Origin: Kondoa subrosea
Taxonomy: Eukaryota
DNA: 21,038 nucleotides
Direction: 5' to 3'
Assembly (NCBI GenBank): GCA_039545335.1
Contig: BCIN01000003.1
Span: 2,675,060-2,696,097 of the forward strand
Part shown: piece by piece, positions 12,227 to 21,038 of the stretch
Numbering within the stretch: position 1 is the first letter of the stretch
How the letters are laid out: each line of letters starts with the position of its first letter
Notes under the pieces: model-generated
Told to the model about the DNA's origin: nothing
Databases searched by the model: none
What the model saw: the letters and a program-made list of their open reading frames with translations, nothing else
Position numbers and translations under genes: made by a program

Positions 12227-12244
12227 GAAAATTGAAAATCTTTT
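12227..12244. promoter_or_regulatory. RRPE-like A/T element in the EBP2/DUF2423 divergent promoter
   Basis: GAAAATTGAAAATCTTTT resembles the yeast RRPE (TGAAAAATTTT) and lies between two genes linked to ribosome biogenesis or the nucleolus. The match is imperfect. Confidence 0.3.
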
Positions 12245-12318
12245 CCCTTTGCTTCAGAACAGCCGTAATCCCTGTCTTCTCCTTGCGTTTTATACAGTAG
12301 ATCTATCACAGAGCACAA

Positions 12319-12922
12319 ATGGCTAAATCACTCAGGTCTAAATCCAAAAGAAGCTTCAGAGCCAAAAAACGAACTTCAGACATGTCAGCTTTCAAACAAG
12401 TTGATCAAGCCAGAGCAGAACGGTTATCTACTAAATTACAAGCGGAAACTAAATCCAACAAAAAATTGAGCGAGATTGGGAAAGATGAGGAAATGATCAA
12501 TCCTGCTGAAGCTGAAGATCAAGTACCTGGTGTGTTCTTCAGCCTGATCTCAAGCTCGATGAGATCTCATTTGTGACGGGATAGAAGAGATGCAAGTCGA
12601 TGAAGAGAAGACTGAGGAGAAAGTGTCGACATCTGGACCAAGGCGCAGCGGGAGGTTTGTCAATGTTCTTTCAATAGCCTATCGCCTAGCTCATATGACC
12701 AATGTAGACGAGAGTGGAAAGAGAAGAAAGGCATCAGCAAGTTTCGTCTGCCTACGATTCGAAACAAACTCATACTTTCTGTCATGCAGAGATCACGAAA
12801 CGATTAGGTCAGACTACCACTTTCAAGGGAAGAAGTCAGAGGAAGGGCAAGGACGGTATGCATTCAGTCTCCGAGCAACAGACATGCACTGACTCGTCTA
12901 TACAGGTCGCATCAAGCCGTAG
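12319..12922 (+). CDS. Small basic DUF2423/YBL028C-like (UPF0642) protein (multi-exon)
   Basis: N-terminus MAKSLRSKSKRSFRAKKR...FKQVDQARAERLSTKL and KVSTSGPR are typical of this family. Last exon G|RIKP* ends at 12922. Confidence 0.8.
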
Positions 12923-12976
12923 AAGGAACATTTCATATTCTGTATCTGTATCATTGCAATGTGTTTCGATACCCAA

Positions 12977-14778
12977 TCATGCACTCTCTTCAGGCTTAGC
13001 TCTTCCAGTCTCGTCCTTAATCTCCGTACTGTCAAGACATTAGATCAGAGTTTCCACTGCTAAAACAGCTCACGAAGTAAAGCTCAAGATCCTAGCCTGA
13101 TCCAACAACTGCACCACTTCCTCTGCTTCTTCCACTGCCATCTTGCCCAAAACTTTGTTAACCGCTTCCAGTTCACCTTTCTTCAAAGCACTCTTCAAGT
13201 TTTTCGGAAAAGATTCGAAAATCTTCCATCTCCCATCCAAAAACTCTCTCAACTGATCAATATCCACATCTTCCGATCCTTCACCTTCAACAGTAATATT
13301 TTCAGGCGCAGGTCCTTCAGGTACATCAAATCCTATTGTAGTATTTGGATCAGTAGCGACAAGTTGAATAGTTTCTTTTTCATCCGTTTCGTTTGAAGCT
13401 GCTCTTTCAGCCGCTAGTTCTTTAGATCGACTGATGATTCGATCCGTTGTTCTTTGTACATCTTCTTCAAACACTTGTCTACCTTTATGTTGACCAGCCA
13501 TACTGTTTTTCCGCAAATCACTTCATTTTTTTATCATTGAAAGTGAAACGAAAACTCACCGCTTGAAGAATAAAGCAACACCATCTTTACCCAATTTAGC
13601 AGAATATTGAATAATCAAAGCTTGATGAACGCATTGTTTAGCAAATTTGGATTTACCCTGTCCAGCAGCGGTAAAAGCTTCCATAAGTAAAGCATCCGTC
13701 GTTTCTTCCGTTAACAATTCAGGATGATCAGAAATTGCAGAGAAAAGTTTCTCCCATTTATCAATTGGGATTTGAGCAAATTGTTGAGCTGCTGGAGTTA
13801 GGTTTGGAATGTCTTCTTCGGAATCGGAAGAGGAATCATCCTTTTTCGCAGCGGTACTTGCGGAAGAAGAAGGATTGAGGACTTCGATAGCAGTAGATTT
13901 ACTTGAAGCAGGAGCAGCTTTTGGTCGAGGTTTCTCAATTGGTTGTTTGGAAGAAGCGTCTTTCGCTACGTACTATTGAAACCAATTTAAGTCAGTCTTT
14001 CTGCCAAAGGAATCCAAACGTACACTCGTATCAAAGCCATCATGAATATCTTCAGCTGTGATATGTTTCTTCTGCTCTGCTTCTTCCGCAGCTAATTCCT
14101 TTTCGCATTCAGCAGATCGATTGATCATGTTCTGCTTGTGGAATTGCAACTTCTCCAAATACCTCTTAGTTTTCTCTTCCGTATCTTGCTCATCTTTGAC
14201 TTCATTAGACAGCTGAACAAAAAGGGCAACCATCATTTCATCATAAGAAGGTCCATTGGAATTGGTTGGTTTCTCTTGAGATTTCTTAGCCTTCATCTCC
14301 GCCGTTGTACGTTCGATGTAAGATAAACCTTCTGAGCGAGTAGAAGAGATATAAGTGTCCATTCGAGGTAACAAGGTCGTGTTCATTTCAATCTCAGATT
14401 TGAGTTGCATAATCTTGTGCTTTCTTGCATCTCGCTTTTCGTGAATATCTCTTTGCTTCCATCTGATGGAGCAGTATATCAGTCAGTATACAGCCATACA
14501 GGGTTCTGTAGTAGCGAACCGAATGAACCTATTCTCAAAGATCAGAACATCGCGAGAAAAGGCAGTATGCAGAGGAAAGACAGACGATTTCTTATCTACG
14601 TTCGGGTGTACTTCGACATCCGAATCATCACTGAGCTCGAGAGCTGAATCCACAGTTGATCAGTTTGACCAAACTCGACCAATGCGCATCACATACCGTC
14701 CCATTTGGCTGCATTCGCGCGTCAGCATCGTACTCTGCAGTGCTTGCCTGGCTTACAGTAGTTCAAACGAGCTCCCAT
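12977..14778 (-). CDS. CDC37: Hsp90 kinase co-chaperone Cdc37 (multi-exon)
   Basis: Spliced MGARLNYS|KWDA|LELSDDSDVEVHPNVDKKS..RWKQRDIHEKR, KKHITAEDIHDGF, QCVHQALIIQY, LVATDPNTTIGFDVPEGP and FESFPKNLKSAL...VNKVLGKMAVEEAE. Ends TEIKDETGRAKPEESA* at 12977. Confidence 0.96.
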
Positions 14779-15162
14779 GATCGTTTGCGGACAAGAATTG
14801 TTCATGTGTCTTACGTATTTCATTTGCACGAGCTACAGCGCCGGTACCCTTGCGCATGAGTAGAATCTGACATTTGGGGCTCGCAAGTGTGGTCTCCCTT
14901 GTTCCGGTCTTGTAGAGATTCGCTCGAAATTCATTGTTGCAACTCCTCTGCACGAACATTGTGCAACATCCTAGTCGATAAGCGGAGGTTTATCGCTCTA
15001 TGATGCTTCTTGCTTTGCATTACCTCTTCAGCCAACTTTGCATATTGACAACGCCGGGAGGAGGACTTCGCCCTTTGTACATTCGCGAAGGCTAGATCGC
15101 GCTCATTTTCTCTCTGCTTCGTCTCTCGGTTCCATACGACAACTCGCTCTTCGATTGCCGGA

Positions 15163-17129
15163 ATGCCCAACGCTCTTACTAACAATTCCCAATACTTGAG
15201 GGATCAGCTTCAGTTCAACCACGACCTGATGGTGACTCAGTACCGCCTCGAACAGCAGCGCAGGCAACATGCCGCTCTGCTGGACAACCAAGAAGCTTAC
15301 CGTCTTCAGCATGGATCGCCTCACCCGCAGCAGATTCACCTATCTCCCACCGCCCCTCTGACCATATCGCATCAGCCTGCCTTGCATTCAATCCCTACTC
15401 GAACTTCACCTACTGTGGGAGTCCCTTTGGTTGATCAGAATGCTCGTCGCTCCTCTCTCGTTCAAGAAGCTCTTTCTCCTAATCCCGAAAGGTAATTTGA
15501 CTTCGGATGAAGCCTTCTTATAAGCGCTGATCAGGAGAGCTAGACTTTCTCAGAGTGACATAGTAGGCTCCGCGCATCAGCACGACGATGCGTTCCGTAG
15601 CTTTCGGGCTTACGAATTCAATCCACAAGCCTGGGCAGCACGACTTGCGCCTATGATAGTAAGGCCCTTGTATCTCTTACTGGTTGTATGGGCTTGCTGA
15701 TTATACACAGGCAACATTCCGAGAACGAATCGCGGCAGAGCGTCCGCATGACTATTCCCTGCCCTATCTTTCATTCACAACTCAGCTGTACAACGTTCAT
15801 ACTCAGCGTCTACAAGAGCATGAAATCAATCTCCCTCTGGAAGAGCTTCTCGTTCTATCGGGTTTGATCCAAGACGCTCGCACCGCCGAAAGAATTTTGC
15901 CTTCGTATCGGAAACTGCTCCAGCACGAAAGGAACGAATTATCTTACAGAGCGCCTATCTGGCGATTGATCGAAGCATATGCATCAATGATCGATCTAGC
16001 AGGGCATCCTGGGTGGCATGAGATCTATGAGAGACCAGTTCTTTCTCGCGTTCGAGTCGTCAATGGGCAACACAATTGGGGAAACATTGCTTATATACTT
16101 CAACATCACATGCATTTGGAAAACGAAGTTTCGGAGAAGTCTCTTGCGGCCGCGATAGATGTCGCAATCAAACCTTTGGTACAACAAAACACTTTGTCCA
16201 ATGGACGGGTAGGCAGCAAGAGCCCGACTCCACCAATTTCCATGCTGATATACCTTTGCAGAGACAATTCGAAACTTTGGACATCATATTGGTTCCTTTG
16301 GCTGTTCCAGACCATATTTCCGTACTAGCAATTTACCCAAAGCAAAAGCGTTGGGTCCACCACGATTCTAACAGACAAGGTCCGCAGATCACTACTTTTT
16401 ACGATCAGGTAAGTACACTCTACCCATTGCTGCAGCTCAAGTCCTGAGGCACACATCCTCTAGTGGGCTTATGATGATCAGCGTACTATCGTTGCTTGTT
16501 TCAGTTCCTTCTGCTCTGCGCTAGACAGGCGCTGGCGTGAGCTTGAAGGTACGCCAGTTCCTGTCCAAATTCACCAGTACAATCCAGGACAAGTATCAGT
16601 ATGTATTCTTGCGCATGGTTATACCTGGTAGCCGTTGACGATTGTAATTTCTAGACGATGCCGAACCAAGGTGCAAACATGGAATGTTCTGCCTGGACGA
16701 TGAGCGCTAGTGAGAGAACTTAAGTTTGCAGGTCACTGTCACGCTGAATGTAATGCAGTGAAATGGCTCTTGTTCTCCAAGCCGGAATTGGATGCGTTAT
16801 GTCCGTGGACAATCGAACAGAAATCTGCTCTGCGGATGACCATCGCTTCTGAGTTGATTAATGGGTCTATCATGGGTAGCTTGGATCACAACATGGAGGG
16901 TGCCCATTGGAAAGCATATGCTTTAGGCAGCGCTCAACCAATTTTCAAACATAAGCGCTTTGTCGATGAACTCGGACCGGGATTGGAAGTGAACCATGAA
17001 ATGGGAGTTACTCAATTACATCAAGTGGGACCAGCGAAGCTTTGGTATGGACAATTTGCAGCGAGAGGACATGCGGGCGGCATACGTCGTATTCAAACCT
17101 TCGTTTCGGGAGTTAATTTACCTGTCTGA
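15163..17129 (+). CDS. Orphan multi-exon gene encoding a divergent Ulp1-like (peptidase C48/CE clan) cysteine-protease domain
   Basis: Exons join in frame across GT-AG introns (e.g. 16209-16261). The spliced product has DIILVPLAVPDHISVLAIYPKQKRWVHHDS (His 16313, Asp 16364), PNQGANMECSAW (Gln 16667, Cys 16685) and EQKSALRMTIASELING. The start codon is uncertain. Confidence 0.65.
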
Positions 17130-17378
17130 GTATTGCTGCAATTTTACTTTCGTTGGTGTGACCCTCCCGGCGTGTCAATCAGGCACCAACTTCTCTCGAA
17201 GATCCAGTAAAAGCATTCGAGCCGTCAAAGGGAAAGGGCATAACAGGCTTTTCGGGCCAAGACAATGAGATGCAGATATTGATACAATGCAATCTATTGG
17301 GAACAAGAATCAGATATGCACTAGCGAAAAAGACCTAACTTACGAAATACAAAACAGCCGCCAAGCGGTAAAGCAGAA

Positions 17379-17920
17379 TCAGTCGTCGCGCCCTCGCATC
17401 AGGAAGCCCTTCTCCTCTAGTAGTTCTTGATCTTCAGCTGGCAATGTACCAGTCATTCTAGCTGCATATAGTCCGGGTGTAAAACGGTCTATATTGGGAT
17501 GAGTTGTTGAGGCGACTTCTTCGTCTTCTCACTGACCTATCCTCTGAAATTTGGCCTGACGATCGAGAAGACCTTCAGCTCCAAAGTCAGCGACGACAGA
17601 CAGACGACTCACAACCCAACTTTCTTTAGGCTGCACCATGGCTATCGCTCCATCGAAAGTACCAGTTGTACATTCGAGCACTCGTTCTCCACTACCTTTC
17701 ATCTGCAATCCTGCCTACTTAAGCTTCTGTTCCCACATCCTCGCAGCAAGAATCAACCTACATCCAGAAAATCACAATTCGCGCATCCATGTTTCTTGAA
17801 GCTTGCCGCACTTTGTACGAGCGAACAGGCTGTCCAAGTCATTTATGAGCTACAGGGCCTTCACTGCCAACTGCTGGGCGTACAAAGGCACGCTCTGAGT
17901 TTCGATTTGACAGATGACAT
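17379..17920 (-). CDS. SPT4: Transcription elongation factor Spt4 (five exons; largely missed by the ORF track)
   Basis: Spliced MSSVKSKLRACL|SCSLVQSAASFKKHGCANCDFLD|MKGSGERVLECTTGTFDGAIAMVQPKESWV|AKFQRI|DRFTPGLYAARMTGTLP...RGRDD*, with the Spt4 zinc-finger CxxC...CxxC and SWVAK motifs. Confidence 0.95.
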
Positions 17921-18026
17921 GCTTGTTCGACTTGAACCACTGCTCGAATTCAGACAGAGCCTGTCACCGCACAAATCTGCTCGAGACTTTTCTTCTTCTT
18001 CCTCTCTGTGCTTTTGTTCAGCCAAT

Positions 18027-19087
18027 ATGGGCTTGCTGACCATAATGCGCAAGAACCGAATGAAAGAAAAGGAGATGCGGTTTCTCATGCTGTTCGCTCA
18101 CTATTCGCTTCCTCTTAATCTTCCTTCTCATATTCGTATGTCGCGTGAAAAAGTGGATTAGACAACGCAGGGAAAACGACTGTACTTCGAAGAATCAATG
18201 GTGAAGACATTTCTGAAATAGCTGTGCGCACCAACTCTTCTATGTTGCAGAGATATATTGTCTGAGATGTCTCGAATGATTAGCCGACATTGGGTTTCAA
18301 TATCAAATCTCTGATACATCGCGGGTCTGCTTCTTGTAACCATGCTAATGCCCTAGCTCATTGAAGAACAGAACAGATATACATTGAATATATGTATCTG
18401 ATCTTTCCTCATTGACGCATTTCTGTATCTTACACTAAAGCGTAAGGGGACATTGGCGGACAGAAAACACTTCGACCTTATTGGCAAAACTACTTTGAGC
18501 GTACTGATGCTTTAATTTGGGTGGTCGATGCGGTGGATGAACGCCGGATGGCTGACTGTGCGAAAGAGTTACATGATCTCTTGCGAGAAGAGGTAATGCT
18601 TTCCATTCTTTCTCTCGTCCGATCGTAGAGTGCTGATGGTTTATGAAGCGACTGACTGGCGCTAGTCTACTAGTACTAGCAAATAAAACAGATGTTGAAG
18701 GCTCGATGAGCTGCGAAGCTATACAACAGGTCAAATTCTATATTTGAAGCTGATGCTCTGCTGAACCAGCACAAAAGGCTCTGGATCTGGACTTTATCAA
18801 GTCCCATGCATGGAAGATACAGGCTTGTTCTGCGAAGACAGGAGAGAATTTGTTAGAGGGCTTCGATTGGATAACGAAAGAGGTTGGATCCGTTCTATTT
18901 CGCGCAATGCCTCGTACTAATTCTATGCGATTAGGTCTCAAATCGAGTATACTATGGCGCTTCTGTCGGTTGGTCAGCAGTGATAGATACAGGACCGATG
19001 GAGGGGTTGAAAGAATTTGTAAAGACGAAGGACAAAGAAACTGCTCAAGAGACGCAGCAGAGTTCTTCAGTATCGACGAGCACTTGA
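18027..19087 (+). CDS. ARL2: ARF-like small GTPase Arl2 (Cin4/Alp41 family; multi-exon)
   Basis: [31 protein letters not shown]..., [51 protein letters not shown]. The last exon VSNRVYY... ends TGA at 19087. Confidence 0.95.
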
Positions 19088-19101
19088 TGCGCTACTGTAA
19101 G

Positions 19102-20865
19102 CTACGAGAATAATTTCAATGCTTTCGAGGGTAAAAAATTCGCTATTGTACATATTGCACCCAAGTATACCGTGAGAATCAGTAAGGCGAGAGAATTTGA
19201 CGCTGTCATTGTTGGTAATGTCAAATTCACCAACCCAGTGAGAACATTGGCCTGCTTGAAAAGTCAGCGTGAAAGCATTCAAATGAACAAGACTCGCCAG
19301 CAGGAATATAAGTAGACTATGGCGATTGATAGCGTCGAAAGTCTTTGGTACGCTTTCTCCTTTTGAAGCTAGTTGATCCACCAAGCTATATCCGAGCAAG
19401 AATGTGATATTGAAGCTTGCAACCCAAACAATATAAGGTAGATTGGCCTGATGATTATCAGTATACTAAATAGGGGTCGATACAACTGGACTGACCATTT
19501 GCCTTGACACTTGCAGTCCAAAGACCCATTTATGCCTGCACAAAGCATAGCCAATCCACCATGCGCAGCTCATGCTAGCTAAAAGAGTGAGCTTCTTGCC
19601 CGTTTTTGGTGGTCCTATATCTGATTTTCGTCGTTTCTCTGCACTTCTATAGGCGTAGTAAGGATCAGGCGGCAAGATGACCAGACCAGTGTCTAGTCCA
19701 ATGAGATAGATTGAAAAGTAGCCTATGAAACACTGAGAATGTGCTCTGCAGGACATTGATAGACCCTTACCAAGTATGGAGGCAAGACCTTCTTTGTTTG
19801 CTGAAACCAAGCCGATTCGAGGAGCGTGTATGACCCAATCTTGCATTGATGTGGACAATGCTAGCTGCTGTACTACGAAATGGTGAGGTGGATAGCAGCA
19901 ATGTGGAAGAGAGAACTCACTTGAGGCGATGATCAAACCCATGGTAGTAAAAGTGATGTACTTCTTTCCTTCTTGTACAGCAGTACCAAAGAGCGGCAAG
20001 GTAGCCAAAGTGAAGAAGAAGTTCCAGTGCACGCCGTATTCGGTTACATGTTCCTGGCAGCTTTTACTTAGAATAGAGTCATTGTAGGCATAATTTACAT
20101 ACAGGATAATCAATGCCTTTCACCATCACTAGTCTAACGAGACCCAAAGCTAATACAGCAAGACTACTCTTGATCGCTCTGATCATTCGAAATCTGAGAG
20201 GTGGTTGCCATTCGCTTCGCAGGATAGGCAGAGCTTGAACCAGGCCGAGCGTGAAGACGAATGAACCGACTCCCAAGTCCATCTAGATTTGGTGGTCAGT
20301 GAAGTATCGATCAGAGTAGATAGAAGCGCGCAATGCTTGTTCCCCAAGTTTCGCATTTCCCAAATGATCTAGGGAAAACAGGAAAGTCTACTGCTAGTAT
20401 GCAAATAACCGTCATAAGCATCATGTGACTTCGGTAGACGGTAACAGCGGGTTGATAGAATAGTTTCTTTCCTGTCGCACGTTGAGCATCTTGAAGATCC
20501 GCGTCAATAGCTTTAGCCGAAGGTGTTGAACTTGTTGCAGATGATGGATGTGCGTCGAACGAGCGTAAGAATAGAGCGGCAAGGGAGATGCAGCAATTGA
20601 ATATAACCGCAAAATTGGAGAAGATTGTAAGAGCGAGAAGCAAAGGAAGAAACAAGACGAAGAAGTCAAGAAGAGGAGAGTGAAAGCGTCGCAAGTACGT
20701 CCAGAGTGTATATGTCGTCTATCAGATGTTATGAGCCTTTGACCAGCAGAAGGACCTTTGCAACCTTACCAGAGCTGTCAAGCATACAACATTGATTCTT
20801 GCTACAGAATTGCCGGTATTATTGCTGACAAAGGCTATCTTCGCTGCCTTGTAGCCATCTTGCAT
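19102..20865 (-). CDS. GWT1: GPI inositol acyltransferase Gwt1/PIG-W (multi-exon)
   Basis: [93 protein letters not shown] and [21 protein letters not shown]. Stop TAG at 19102. Confidence 0.96.
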
Positions 20866-20905
20866 TTGCCGCTCCCTTGACTCGCGTAATTTGAAGTCGG
20901 ACACG

Positions 20906-21038
20906 CTTGACCACGAACGATGACTTCGCAGCTGTTTCGACCCCCCAAGCAGGTCCAATCTCAAGCTACTGATCAAGCTTTGATCACCAAGCAGCAGTCG
21001 TTGACTGAAGTGAAGCTCCTCATGTAGATTTTGAGCTC
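20906..21038. repeat. Right arm of the HOP1 inverted repeat (truncated by the window end)
   Basis: Reverse complement of 1208-1340. Identity continues to the last base of the window. Confidence 0.97.
20920..21038 (+). CDS. HOP1: Second copy of the HOP1 5' end (exon 1 at 20920-21023 plus the start of intron 1); whether it is a full gene or a fragment cannot be determined
   Basis: ATG ACT TCG CAG CTG TTT... gives MTSQLFRPPKQVQSQATDQALITKQQSLTEVKLL, followed by the same GTAGAT donor. It differs from the left copy by one amino acid (L6F). Confidence 0.7.

Noticed and set aside
1341..20905. Mating-type locus inside the inverted repeat
   Set aside because: I found no homeodomain, HMG, STE3 receptor or CAAX pheromone gene. 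Very small genes could have been missed.
20722..20976. 84-aa ORF suggesting an N-terminally extended GWT1 or a HOP1-GWT1 fusion
   Set aside because: It starts at TTG within antisense HOP1 sequence. The conserved Gwt1 N-terminus ([10 protein letters not shown]) begins just after the ATG at 20865.
1208..21038. Terminal inverted repeats of a large transposon
   Set aside because: The arms are HOP1 coding sequence, no transposase or recombinase is recognisable, and the cargo is housekeeping genes.

Overview
A compact, intron-rich fungal genomic segment, probably from a basidiomycete. It has 45-60 nt introns with CTRAY-type branch points, several microexons and very short intergenic spacers. Manual splicing gives this gene order: HOP1-like HORMA gene (-, 3' end off the window), F-box/WD40 gene of the FWD-1/beta-TrCP type (-), CSC1/OSCA-TMEM63 channel (-), TRK K+ transporter (-), EBP2 (-), DUF2423/YBL028C-like gene (+), CDC37 (-), an orphan gene with a divergent Ulp1-like (C48/CE clan) protease domain (+), SPT4 (-), ARL2 (+), GWT1 (-), and then a second, inverted copy of the HOP1 5' end that runs off the right edge. 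The main signal is a 133-bp or longer inverted repeat (1208-1340 vs 20906-21038, 4 mismatches). It consists of the HOP1 start exon and brackets a 19.6-kb, 10-gene block, which is the layout of an invertible segment, an inversion polymorphism or an inverted HOP1 duplication. Secondary signals are the cryptic Ulp1-like protease and two GC-AG introns in GWT1, one with an unusual GCGCGC donor. All calls come from reading the sequence by eye; no searches were run.
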